Source: Leucoraja erinacea
Taxonomy: Eukaryota
DNA: 64,000 nucleotides
NCBI RefSeq assembly: GCF_028641065.1
Contig: NC_073381.1
Coordinates: forward strand, 69,006,001 to 69,070,000
Reading direction: 5' to 3'
The notes under the pieces were generated by a model. That model saw only the letters and a program-made list of their open reading frames with translations, was not told where the DNA came from and ran no database searches. Shown here piece by piece: positions 1-11,922 of this stretch (its first letter is position 1; each line of letters begins with the position of its first letter). The translations under genes were made by a program, and so were the position numbers.

Positions 1-79
1 CTCCATTCTGAATGGCTTACCTCTTATTGTTAAACTGTGGCCCCTGGTTCTCGACTTCTGTTAGCTTCAATAAAAGACA

Positions 80-692
80 TTTTGGGTCAAGACCCTTCTT
101 CAGACTGGTTAGGGATAAGGGAAACAAGAGGTATAGACGCTAATGTAGAGAGATAAAGAACAATTAATGAAAGATATGCAAAAAAGTAACGATGATAAAG
201 GAAACAGACCATTGTAAGCTGCTTGTTGGGTGAAAATGAGAAGCTAGTGTGACTTGGGTGGGGGAGGAATAGAGAGAGAGGGAATGCCGGGGCTACCTGA
301 AGTGAGAGAAATCAATATTCATACCATTGGGCTGTAAGCTGCCCAAGTGAAATATGAGATGCTGTTCCTCCAATTTGCATTTAGCCTCACTCTGACAGGA
401 GGAGACCAAGGACAGAAAGGTGTGTGTAGGAATGGGAAGGTGAATTAAACTGTCCAGCAACCGGGAGATCAGGTTGGTTCATGCGGGCTGAGTGAAGGTG
501 TTCTGCGAAACGATCGCCCAGTCTGCGTTTGGTCTTGCCGATGTATAAGAGTCCACATCTTGAACAACGAGCCAATGCGGGTGCCCATAGCTACGCCTTG
601 AACTTGGAGGAAGTGGGAGGGGTCAAAGGAGAAGTTATTGAGGGTGAGGACCAGCTCCGCTAGGCAGAGTAGAGTGTTAGTAGAGGGGAAAG
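80..692 (-). mobile_element. Penelope-like element (PLE) remnant with internal deletion: RT motif-B region joined to GIY-YIG endonuclease, then 3' region and hammerhead-like motif
   Basis: ORF 469..747 has LAELVLTLNNFSFD...FLQVQGVAMGT (PLE RT). ORF 387..575 has CSRCGLLYIGKTKRRLGDRFAEHL (GIY-YIG). The minus strand at ~80-105 reads gtctgaagaagggtcttgacccaaaatgtc. Confidence 0.88.
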
Positions 693-1496
693 TGGATGAT
701 TCTGCGAAATCAACAAAGTTGATTGTTTTATATAAATAGAACCTCAATTTAAAGTCTCTTCAGACAAGCGAGACGACCGACAGTGTGAATGTTTCTGTAG
801 AATGCATTGAAGGAATTTTTATTTTATATCCACTATTTCCGGAAATAGAGCACCACAAAAGAACAGCAAAAGGAAAAGTAGAACCTTTTTATCAGATGCA
901 GAACATTCAAATAAATGGCTCAAGCAGTGACACAGAATGGGCAGGAGTGAAAGAAGTAAAGAACTAAAGACCTGCACCATGTATATTTATGAAGAATCAA
1001 ACAAAAGATATTTTGATGCTTGAGGCTGGTGATGGGGAGGGTGGAGGGGAGGTGTCTGCATGTGGAGAACAATAGAAACAGACACAATCTCAAGGGTGTA
1101 AGTGTTAGCCATTTGCAATAACGATGTAACAAGGCTGTTAATGAATGTGGGTTGCTGTTTACACCAGGGCAGTGTTTCTAATTTCTGACACTGCTGCTTC
1201 CTTGACGTTGGCCCCAGACACACATCTAGGAATTCAGCCTCAGTTATTTGTACCTGAATGTGAGCTTGACCTCACTTGGAAGTAACCCTAGTTTTAATGA
1301 AGTGGCACAATCTCAGCCGTATATTGAAATCTGAAACCTTTTTATCACAAGTGCTGATTGCTTTGGTGTAAAAATGTGTTGAATATCATCCAGAGCAATA
1401 TTCAGCAATTCTTCAAACCGGTTTAAAAAAAAAAAAAAAATCTCAATAAATGGTATTTGGGAGGCCCTTCTTCTTCCATACATTTGTTGAAAGAAT

Positions 1497-1590
1497 ATAG
1501 ACACAAAATACTGGAGTAACTCAGCCAGGCAGCATCTCTGGAGAGAAGGAATGGGTGACATTTCGAGTCGAGACCCTTCTTCAGGCTGAT
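1497..1590 (-). mobile_element. PLE terminal-repeat fragment with decayed hammerhead motif
   Basis: gacacaaaatactggagtaactcagc...ggtgacatttcgagtcgagacccttcttcag, the same family as the PLE 3' end at 46640-46738. Confidence 0.75.
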
Positions 1591-2789
1591 TTATTTTGTT
1601 ATTTTGATATTCTTTGTTTAAAGAATATTTGGCTTTTGTGGAATAAGTGCTATTAAGGTCATTCTGAGTAATTAATCTTCAAGGACAGTGTTTAATTATT
1701 TTTATAAATTCCACTTGAGGCAGAAATTTTTGATTTGTCATCTGCAGTGGGAATCCAGTTAATCTGATCGCTTATCATATCTCTCATCCATTACACCCAT
1801 CCACTCAGTTTGTGCTAGACCACATTTCAAGTGACATCATCAAACAGCTAGCGGCTGTTCCTGAACCATGCAGACTTCTTTGTGACAACAGTAGTGTTAT
1901 CTGTCTGTTTTGTTAAACTAATACATTACTTTCTATGTCGGTTGGAGTCAGTAGTTTCTTTGGATTATATTTTATTAAGCATTGTAGCAGAAACTCACAT
2001 GATGTCACTATGATTGTTGCCATGACAACCTCTACAGATATACATTCAAATGATGCATGATAAAAGATCCTTGCATGCGGTCTACTGCTTTGTACCCTTA
2101 GATTTATGTGTTACTTGACAATAACACACTGTTAACAGGATGTATTTAGTGCCGGAGTGTTCTTCGTGACAACTGCTTTAGTCTGTCCAGTGTTAGTGCC
2201 ACATTTTTGTTGTAATTTTGCATTCTTCGTTGATGCATCTAATTCCAAATTCCCGAATAAGGCTGAAGACCAAAAGTTTCAAGATTGTTTCTTTTCCTGG
2301 AACTTACACATACATTTTCCAGTCAGTTTCATTTCCAATCATTGAAAAATGTTACGTTCCCAAGTTCCCCTTTCTCTGCAGCTATTAACTAATGATGGTA
2401 TATAATTTCACAGCCTTGCACTTCTACAAGGCTGTTCTTCATGTTGAGTCATGACAATGAGTGTTTGCAGGTTATTTGACGTTAAGACCACCTCAGTAAG
2501 CCTGATATACTTATTTGACAGCGACCCACATAATCCTTTACAGCATGTGCTTCTGGATAGCAATTAAGAGAAGGAATCTTGGTGGATTTACTTTCTCTGG
2601 TTTATGACTACCGAGTGCAATTGCAGTACCTAGAGATAAAAGCAAAATTCTATAGAAGGTGAACTAGAAAAAAAGAAAACAATGAAGTCCTCAGCAGGTC
2701 AGAAAGCATCTGTGAATGGAGAAAGAGAGTTAGCGTTTCAGTTCAGGCAAAGGGTCACTGACCTGTTCAGTTCAATGTTTGCTCCATCA

Positions 2790-2890
2790 GACATTAGCCA
2801 ACTCAGCACAAAACAGGGGACTGAGTTTGAACTTGATGACCTCTATGGCTCAGTTGCATGTGGATGGTGATTTTATTAACTGATCCACGG
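2790..2890 (-). mobile_element. Ancient tRNA-derived SINE head relic (AmnSINE2-like)
   Basis: The minus strand reads ...cccctgttttgtgctgagttggctaatgtc, resembling the remembered GATCCCCGGTCTGTGCTGAGTTAGCTGATCTC motif. Not searched. Confidence 0.4.
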
Positions 2891-4149
2891 TGATGCCTTA
2901 AAACAAAAATCTAATTTGCAGTTATATGTCTTCTTAAACTAAAAGTGATCTGAAATTCAGCTTCTGTCTTGGAATATACTCATAGGCTTAATAAATAAGT
3001 GTTGCCTGACATTGCCTGTTTGTAGATTAACACTGATATATCAGTGCTAGTTACAGTATATTATGAGGCTCAGAGCTACCAGCGCTGCTCATTATTATAA
3101 TCAGAACTGTCCTGCGATATAAATACTTCACTTTTTGTAAAATGTGAGTTGAAAAATCTTTTTCCAATTCATTTCACTTTGGTTCAGTGGTCATGTAAGT
3201 TGATGGCTATTGAATTTGCAGAGAGCTGCAGTGGCTATATGGTACAGAGATCTGAGTGAGACAGCAGGAAATGTATTTTGCCATCTTATTCTGGCTAATT
3301 CCACTCTCTTCCTTCCAGTTGTCTTTTCTTTCTTGCTTTGCATTCCATCTACAATTTCCTGATACTTTTGAGGTATTTTTCACCACCTCCATCCATGTGA
3401 TGCGTTTTTGAGTTCCACATATTTACAACGGTGCATTCATCTGTGCAACAGGAGTCTTGTTTTCTTTTTACCATTAATATCCCTCTGAGTAATAAAGAAC
3501 GCATTTCACCATCCGTTCCTCCCTGAAAATCAATTGCTATAAACTTTCTTTTGTTTGAATAACAATCTCAGTACAGAGGGTGGGGTGAGGTGGGGTGAGA
3601 TAGGGTTGTCGTGTGGTGGAAGTAATAACGACGACGATAGTATTGCCCAGGGTTGTGGAGCAGAAAATTACGGGGATTCCCACTGTGTGTGTGAGATCAC
3701 AAAAAATATGTCTAAAATCAGCAGAGACATTTTAAAGATATATTGTTTATTAGCTTTATGTTCTGCAATTTAAATGTATTTAATACATTTAAATTTTACT
3801 GCAGAAGCAAACAAGGGCATGCGGTTGTAATGATAATTGAATATAAATGTACAGCAGGCAAATGTATCACATGGTATCAGAGATTGAACTATTCAGGTTG
3901 TAACAGCTCCACTCATTCACATATAGTCCAGATTTCTGTCTGTCGTTCATTATAGTTGCCTTTGATTTTGTTCTTTTTCTTGTTTTTTTCTTGTTTTGTT
4001 ATTTCTTAAAAGTAAAAGATGTTAAGATAAGCTTGACATGTTCAAGCCTCAGTTAAAGCCAAGCCCAGCGAATAGTCGAGTTCTCCCGGAATCACCCCAG
4101 TACTGTTCCTTAGAGGACCCCAAATGCACCAGCATGCCTCTTCCTTCAT

Positions 4150-4150
<1 letters not shown>

Positions 4151-4189
<39 letters not shown>
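4151..4189. repeat. Poly-C tract (~39 nt)
   Basis: Directly visible homopolymer. Confidence 0.95.
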
Positions 4190-4209
4190 ATTTTCCCACA
4201 CCAGCTACC

Positions 4210-4415
4210 CTGTGGCCTTGCGGAATGAACAGGCCAATTAGGGACAGTTTTGTGCTGTAGGCACCGTGCCGATTAGAAAGTGGATTGAGAGTGCCCGAAC
4301 TTATTTCACGCAAGAGCCTTACAGCGAACAGGCACACAGGAGACTTTCATCCTCTCATCCTCGGCTGGATCTGAACCCAGCTCCCAGAGGTGAAAGGCAA
4401 ACGTATCCCCCATCA
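4210..4415 (-). mobile_element. LF-SINE-like ancient tRNA-derived SINE
   Basis: Minus strand: gggatacgtttgcctttcacctctgggagctgggttcagatccagcc...gaaagtc...gtgaaataagttcgggcactctcaatccac...cacaaaac...ctaattggc. This is colinear with the LF-SINE consensus as I recall it, and ggttcagatcc is B-box-like. Confidence 0.62.
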
Positions 4416-5166
4416 ATGCTGTATTTTAATTCATCTCCATCACACAGTCAAGCTCGTACACTCCTCCCAGCTAGAAAGCTATTCAAATGAGTTGACCTTA
4501 CATTATTGGCGGGGTCAGCTCATCTGTGTGCTGGAGCACATAGTGCCTGAGATGGTGCGGCGCTGGGACCATCTTAGCGGCCTCACAGTTTAAACAAATA
4601 TATTCAGGCAGAATAAGACAACTTTGGTAGATTTCTTTTGTAATTGCTCTCAGATTTCCCTTGCTGTTTTATGGTGATGGAAGCATTATAATGTGCTTGC
4701 TACGCACCTGCACTGTGTGTTGAATAGCAGGCTCGAAGATATTTCTCTGCTGCATCAATCAGTCAGAAAATGAAAGATAATGGGTGGGAAAGCTAATAGT
4801 GACATGAACTTTCCTTTCACCCAGCTTCCTCTCGAGCAAACTAACATACTTGTGCAACGCAAAGTGCAGCCCGTGCCTCCTGCCTGAACTAGTTTTGACC
4901 CAACAGACCATCAAGAGAATGCCAGTAATACTGATATTGTTTGGTCCTCACCCTTTCCACTCTTTTCATGCCCATATCTACAATTACATGGCCCAGGCCT
5001 CAGTGAGTGGTGACATTTCAATTTTTACTATTCCATTCATGACGTGCTGCTTCTTGAAGCATTACATCTCAAATTTGCAAACCGTGCTGTTGAATGACAG
5101 ACTCGCGCTGTCTTATAAGAGATAACTTTAGTTTAGGCTTCAGTCCTGAGAAGTAAATGTTGCCAC

Positions 5167-5385
5167 AAGGAACTGCAGATGCTGCAATCTTGTGTAGAAC
5201 ACAAAGTACTAGAGTAACTGCGGAAACATCTCTGGTGGACATGGACAGGTGAAGTTTCAGGTCGGGACCCTTCTTCAGACTTCAGATTCTTCATCCTGAA
5301 GAAGCGCCTCGACCAGGAACATCACCGATTCATGTCCTCTAGAGATGCTGCCTGACCCGCTGAGTTACTCCAGCACTTTGTTTCT
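5167..5385. mobile_element. Fold-back (head-to-head) pair of PLE terminal repeats
   Basis: The left arm acaaagtactagagtaact...acccttcttcag is mirrored by the right arm ctgaagaagcgcctcgacc...gagttactccagcactttgt. Confidence 0.8.
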
Positions 5386-5577
5386 AAGTACATGGTGACA
5401 TTGGTTTGGTTGATGGTTGCATTTCCTGAGGGATACAATTCGAACAACAAATATATCCGAGTGGAAAACCCATCTTGGAGCTCCATCTGTGATGAACATA
5501 GTAACATATTTTTTGTAAATCACTTGTGTTGTAAATAATGTCTTGGTTTTGTTGTGGCTGCTTTCCCTTCTTGCAGA

Positions 5578-5830
5578 ATGTGTATGGAAGAACTGCTGGT
5601 TTAAACCGAAGACAGACACGAAAGGCTGGAGTAATGTTTGCGCTGACTGGATACACGCAACAAAAAAGCTTTTCACTGTACACGTGACAATAAACTAAAC
5701 TAAACTAACTCAGCAGGTCAGGCAGCATCTCTGGAGAGTGTGAATAAGGGTCACGACCTGAAACGTCATCTATCCCTTCTCTCTAGAGATGCTGCCTGAC
5801 TCACTGAGTTACTCCAGCCTTTTGTGTCTG
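5578..5830. mobile_element. PLE fold-back repeat interrupted by a Rex1/Babar-type 3' tail (~5634-5706, +)
   Basis: ggctggagtaa|...caaaaaagcttttcactgtacacgtgacaataaactaaact|aactcagcagg. Right arm gagatgctgcctgactcactgagttactccagcc. Confidence 0.75.
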
Positions 5831-6069
5831 CCGCCCTCCTTGCTGATGAGGATGTTCTATTATCCATTGGCTTTGCATCCAACTTGATAGTTGCTGGGGG
5901 CTAGAATTGTTTGTCAAAGTGAAAAATTGGGTAGTGGGAGTTGAAAGGCAGTGTGAGCCTCGTGATTACTTCATATGGTCAAGTCGGCGCAGTTAATCCT
6001 TAACCTGGTACCAGGCTGGAGTTTGAGAAAAGCATACAAGGTGTTTGGCAAGTTAACTCAATAGTTTTT

Positions 6070-6305
6070 GCTGTCTTTTCCATTTCTGGCCTTTGTCCAA
6101 CCATTTGCCTATCAAAAAACCCCCCTCACCTGTATCCACCTGCAACTTGCCAGGCTTTGTCCTGCCTCTCCTATCCTCCAGCTTACTTCCCCTATTCCAT
6201 ACAATCAGTCTGAACAATGGACCCAACCTGAAATATCACCTACCGTTGTTCTCCAGAGTTGCTGCCTAACTCGCTGAGTTACTCCAGCACCCCGTGTCTT
6301 TTTTG
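6070..6305 (+). mobile_element. PLE 3' region plus terminal repeat (degenerate)
   Basis: A pyrimidine-rich leader, then cagtctgaacaatggacccaacctgaaatatcacc...gagttactccagcac. Confidence 0.65.
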
Positions 6306-8119
6306 GACCAAAGTATTTTTATGGATGCAGTTGTGATTTGCTTTGATTTAACCAGTGTTTATGTTGTACTGAAACTAAACTGAACAGGCTGATTTTACTT
6401 TCTCCCATAATGTTTGCACGTGGAGTGACACAGGATTAAAATTAAGGGCCTGTTTCAACGCTGTATCGCTAAACTAAAAAAATCTAAAGGACAATAGCAA
6501 ATGGAGGACAAAATGATATCAGGATAGCACTTACAATGTATTTTGTGTGCATTATTTAATTATTTAATAACGACAAATATATTCACTCAGATATTTAAGT
6601 ATTGGAGCCGTTTGCCCTGAAGCATTGACTAATAAAACTGAAAGTTTCACAAATTCTCAAAACTAGTTGGTAACTAGCTCTGACCCTCAGTATTTTCCTG
6701 CCAAACCTACATAAATCACTGGGCATCAATTGTCTGTCAATACCCAGTGATATTCCTTAATACGTTAGCTATTTATTGTTGTACAAAAGCTGGATAATTG
6801 CCGATAGCAGATTTGTGAATTAATTTGATTTATCATTGGATCGTCTAATACGAAATGGATCGTCTATTACATCTATATAATATATGAATTTGTTGATGTT
6901 ATTGACTCGTTCACAATGGTATCCGTGGAGAAAATTCTTATCGGACCAATGTATGAACATAACATTGTATTTTCTCCGTGTGCTAAAATTGAAGTGCCTT
7001 TGCTGCCCACACACTTCTTTTTCCGTAATGCCATGAAATGGCAGAAACAGCACCTACTGTGATATGTCTGAGTGCACTGGAAGATTGATTAGCCTTCTGT
7101 GCTCCACAGGCTCCCTGCACCCCATGAACTATAATTCTTCTTGTGCTTTATCAAGATATGGTACCCTGCTGTGGTGGTAGAGACCGTATAACTTCAGCTG
7201 CTGGGCTGAGGGCAAAATGCACTCCTCTGTAAAGTATAAAGGGAATCAGAAGTTAAATTTCTGCACAAATTGTGCGGGAGGGAAAGTTCTGATCATGTGT
7301 CACCCAGTGGCAATGAAAATCACCTGAACATCTTTTTGTAGACAATACAATTTTGGTGGATTACCCCTCAGACTATTTGCCATTTCTCCTTTCTCAGCCA
7401 ATATATTTCCCAACACAAACAACTGGAAGAGCTTAGGTATGTAACGTGTAAATAAACACTTTGTTTCATCAATTCCTTTCTTGCTGTATTTTTGTGTTGG
7501 GAAGGCAAGTTTCAGAATTCATGAAATCGCCTGTCAAAAGATCCCAATAAGTTTTCATATCAAACAGGATATGAAAAGATTTTCCTTCATATTTGTGACC
7601 ATGCTTTCTGGGAAGATATAAAATGAGAAAATACTGAGATAACTGAAATCTTAAACATTTTCTGCTCCACCCAGGCTTATTGCTTTGACTATGTGTTAAC
7701 CTGAGCAAGATGTTCTAACATTGCAATAGTAATTATTCTCTGAAAGCACTCGATTAACCATAAAATATATCGATGCACTTTGAACGGCACAAGAAAGGTA
7801 CTTTATAAAGTTGATTTTTTTTCTTATTAAATAATAAAATTGGACTACATTTGAAGACTTTTGATATGGTATCTGCACCTAAACATTTTGTGTGTGGAAT
7901 GTACAGAACACCTTGTGCAGTGCAGACTGAAATCTTGAGAGATACAGTTGTGTTTTCAAAAATACTGTGCATGGTCATTTTTAGCATTATTGTTAATGCA
8001 TGGTCAGAGGTGTGAACATTGTATTTGTAACGTTGCTTGTCACTCTTGGGTGCAAATGACAAACCAATAGCCTTGCTCTGAGACATTTGTAATTCAACCC
8101 CTGATTATCTGTTAATTTG

Positions 8120-8935
8120 GAAAATAATGCCTTGCATTTATGTAATCTACCTTATAACTCAGAGGTATCCCAAAGTGCATTACAGCTAATACATACGTTT
8201 ACAGTTTTATCACTGTAGGTATGTAGGGAAATCTCCAGCTAATTTTCTCAAAGCAAGACTTGACAAAGAATAATAATAGAAATGACCTGATTTGTTACAG
8301 TAATCAGATTTAAGGATTAAATACTGGGGAATACACTCTGATGATCTTCAACTGAAACACATGATCTTTTTACACACATTTACAGGCATTTACAAGGTTT
8401 TCTTTGACAGATTTACAAGGATGTTGCCAGGACTTGAGGGGCTGAGCTATTGGGAGAGGTGGAGCAGGCTAGGACTCTATTCCTTGGAGCACAGGAAGAT
8501 GTGGAATGATGAGAAAGAGACCAGGTAAACACACTTGCCTAGAGTAGGAGAATCAGGAACCAGATGACATTGGTTTAAGGTGAGGGGGGAATTATTTAAT
8601 AGGAACCTGAGGGGTGACTTTTTTACACAAAGGGTGGTGGGTATATGGAAGGAGCTGACAGAGGAGGTAGATGAGGCAATGTTTAATAAACTATTGCAAT
8701 GTTTAATAAACATTTAGTCTTGGATAGGATAGGTTTAGAGGAATATGGACCAAATGTAGGTAGGTGTAGATGGGACATGCTGGTCAGTGTGGGCAAGTTG
8801 GGACAAAGGGCCTGTTTCTGAGCTGTATGACTTTATGACTATGACATCGAAGAGGGAAAGAGGAACTCATTTTTGCATCTCATCAGTAAGTTGCAGCTGT
8901 GACAGAGAAGTACTGTATCAATCACTATCAACAGA
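8120..8935 (-). mobile_element. Ancient Deu-domain SINE relic (SacSINE1/AmnSINE1-like) split by a CR1 insertion
   Basis: ttgcatttatgtaa...cccaaagtgcattacag...cactgtaggtatgtaggg...gatctttttaca, resuming after 8845 with catctcatcagtaag...gacagagaagtact. Matches the remembered Deu-SINE reverse complement. Confidence 0.5.
8408..8845 (+). mobile_element. CR1 LINE 3' fragment
   Basis: agatttacaaggatgttgccaggacttgagg...ttttacacaaagggtggtgggtatatggaa...gggcctgtttctgagctgtatgactttatgact tail. Confidence 0.85.
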
Positions 8936-9045
8936 TTTTTAGTTTAGTTTGTTTTAGTTCAGTTTAGATTTGTCAGTCAAAAAACCATGCTGACTTTGGC
9001 TTACTTTATCATGTGCTTCAAACTTCCAGAAACTCCTGCCATTGC

Positions 9046-9334
9046 TTAAGAATAAGGGGTAAGCCATTTTGAACAGAGATGAGGAAACACTTTTTCACAC
9101 AGAGAGTTGTGAATCTGGAATTCTCTGCCTCAGAGGGCGGTGGAGGCCGGTTCTCTGGATACTTTCAAGAGAGAGCTACATAGGGCTCTTGAAGATAATG
9201 GAGTCGGGGGATATGGGGAGAAGGCAGGAATGGGGTACTGATTGTGGATGATCAGCCATGATCACATTGAATGGTGGTGCTGGCTTGAAGGACCGAATGG
9301 CCTACTCCTGCACATATTGTCTATTGTCTATTGT
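9046..9334 (+). mobile_element. CR1 LINE 3' fragment
   Basis: FFTQRVV-type coding end, then gaatggcctactcctgcac and a (ctattgt)n tail. Confidence 0.85.
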
Positions 9335-9349
9335 TCACAGTCATTCCTG

Positions 9350-10240
9350 CTGAGGTCCCTTTCCAATCAAATTTAGCCAGCACTTCCCTCATGCCTCTGT
9401 TAGTTACTATCATGGCAATTTCTTAACTTTCCAATGTCCAACTTTTGATTGCCATTACTACTTGGGGATTTGGTGGAGATATAGTTTACTCACCAACAGA
9501 TAGCAAAAATGAATCTTCCAGTCATAGTTTATTGATTACGTAGTCTTTTATTGAAGTAGCACAAAACAAAGAAATTATTCATATAACTTTTCATTCTTAC
9601 TAACTGTTTAATCCGTGCCGTGTTGAGTACAAATGTGTCTTGTAGCAATAATCGTGTGTCTTGTGGTCGTGTGGTAATAAACTGTTGTCTTCACCATCCC
9701 TCGAGGCTAAAACTAAACTCCCAATCTAAGTGACTCCGCTAGTCTCCTCAGATGTAGACACACATTTCTACGTATGAAATCCCACCTGCAAGCATATAAA
9801 AAGGATAAAACTAGAAATATCTAGACATGGCTATAATATACTAATCTTAAGCATAAATGGCTCCTACAGTTACCTTGACTCAACAGTAATACCAATACAT
9901 TTGATTTCATCTTTTCCCTCTCAAACTGCAAGTTGAATTTGATCATATTCTAGTCAACACCTCCTGGTAGTTCCTTTGCAAGCCTAATCAAATCCGGATT
10001 GTTACACAACACCAAATCCAGATTTGCCTTTTCCCTTGTAGGCTTGACTACACGATGCTCTAAGAAGCCATCCTGTAGGCACTACAAATTCCTTCTTTAG
10101 GGATCTAGCATGAACCTGATTTGAAAACCCCCATGACCTCTGTCACGTATCCTTTCTTACATGCCAATTGTATCTCCTGATGTAATTAGCACCTTTGATC
10201 CTGGCTACTGTTTGGAGGCCTGTATATAATTCCCATCAAG
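9350..10240 (-). mobile_element. Degenerate CR1 ORF2 fragment hosting a solo LTR
   Basis: CR1-like minus sequence ctcatgcctctgttagttac|cttgactcaacagtaatac is restored when 9408-9868 and one GTTAC are removed. Confidence 0.6.
9408..9868 (-). mobile_element. Solo LTR (461 bp) with 5-bp TSD GTTAC
   Basis: GTTAC at 9403-9407 and 9869-9873. The minus strand starts TGTAGGAGCCATTT and ends GCCATGATA (probably decayed from ...ACA). AATAAA lies on the minus strand ~120-140 bp from the 3' end. Confidence 0.7.
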
Positions 10241-10309
10241 AAAATCATTACAGGAAGAATCACAACTGAAGTTTTCCACAATAAATGGAAATTACAGCTC
10301 ACAGTTGAC

Positions 10310-10545
10310 CCATCATATCACCAACTAGAGAATGGTCCTGACCTACCATCTATCTCATTGCAGACCCTCAGGCTATCTTTAATCAGACTTTACTGGACTT
10401 TAACTTGCACCAAGCGTTCTTCCCTCTATCCTGTATCTGTACTTGTTTGTAATCATTATCAGTCTTTCCGCTGACTAGATAGCAAACAACAAAAAAGCTT
10501 TTCACTGCACCTGGGTACTCATGACAATAATTAACTAAACTAAAC
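10310..10545 (+). mobile_element. Rex1/Babar-type LINE 3' UTR and tail
   Basis: caaaaaagcttttcactgcacctgggtactcatgacaataattaactaaactaaac, the same tail as the RT-bearing copy at 43436-44178. Confidence 0.7.
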
Positions 10546-11017
10546 ACCACTGCACGGACATTATTTCTATTTCCATCTCAGCATTTCCTACCACAAATTC
10601 CACCTCTTCTAAAATATTGTCCAAGGTCTAGATTTTCTCTGTGACGTTTGTTTATACAAAAATAATAATATAAGAACATCACAGGAACAGGCCTTTCGGC
10701 CCTCTATGTCTGTGCCAAAAATGATGCCAAGATAAGCTAACCTTTTATACGTGCACATGATTCATACCCCTCCATTCCCTGCATATGCATGTTCGTGCAC
10801 AAAAGCCTCTTAAATGCTATTATTGAATCTGCCTCCACCCCGTGTAAAATAAAAACTTGCCCCTTTTTTTCTTTAGATTTTATCCCTCTCATCTTAAGGT
10901 TTACCTCTCCTGTCTTTGATATTTTAACCCTGGCGGAAAAGGTTCTGACTGCCTACCCTATCCATGTCTTCCACAATTTTCAATACTTCTGTCATCTCTC
11001 CCTTCAACCTCTGGTAT

Positions 11018-11555
11018 CTTAATCTGAGGAAAGACATTCTTGCCATTGAGGGAGTACAGAGAAGGTTCACCAGACTGATTCCTGGGAAGGCAGGACTTTC
11101 ATATGAAGAAAGACTGGATAGGCTCGGCTTGTACTCGCTAGAATTTAGAAGATTGAGGGGGGATCTTAGAGAAACTTACAAAATTCTTAAGGGGTTGGAC
11201 AGGCTAGATGCAGGAAGATTGTTCCCGATGTTGGGGATGTCCAGAACACGGGGTCGCAGTTTAAGGATAAGGGGGAAGTCTTTTAGGACCGAGATGAGAA
11301 AAACATTTTTCACACAGAGAGCGGTGAATCTCTGGAATTCTCTGCCACAGAAGGTAGTTCAGGCCAGTTCTTTGGCTATATTTAAGATGGAGTTAGATGT
11401 GGCCCTTGTGGCTAAAGGGATCAGGGGGTATGGAGAGAAGGCAGGTACAGGGTACTCAGTTGGATGATCAGCCATGATCATATTAAATGGTGGTGCAGGC
11501 TTGAAGGGCCGAATGGCCTACTCCTGCACCTATTTTCTATGCTTCTATGTTTCTA
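11018..11555 (+). mobile_element. Young CR1 LINE 3' fragment
   Basis: [25 protein letters not shown]...FFTQRAVNLWNSLPQ, followed by a (tttctatg)n tail. Confidence 0.93.
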
Positions 11556-11637
11556 TTCCAGAGAAAACAATCCAAGTTTGTCCAACAAACCCTTGTAGCT
11601 AAGAACCTCGAATCCAGGCATCAATCTGGTTTCTCCA

Positions 11638-11922
11638 GATAGACACAAAATGCTGGAGTAGCTCAGTGGGCCAGGCAGCATCTCTGGATAGTTGACGTTC
11701 TGGCTCGAGTCCCTTTTTCAAACTGAGTCATGGGAGAGAGAGATACAGAGATAAGGAAGTGTAAGGCGTGGAAATTAGACAATGGGGATGGAGATCAAGG
11801 AAAATGTAGACCCAAAATGGCATGCATTCCTTCTATCCAGAGATGCTGCCTGCCCCGCTGAGTTAATCCAACATTTTGTGTCTATCTTCGGTTTAAACCA
11901 CCATCTGCAGTTCCTTCGTACA
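11638..11922. mobile_element. PLE terminal-repeat fold-back
   Basis: gatagacacaaaatgctggagtagctcagtgggccaggcagcatctctggatag is mirrored by ctatccagagatgctgcctgccccgctgagttaatccaacattttgtgtctatc. Confidence 0.8.

Noticed and set aside
6715-6751. pre-miRNA hairpin
   Set aside because: The ~12-bp stem is too short.
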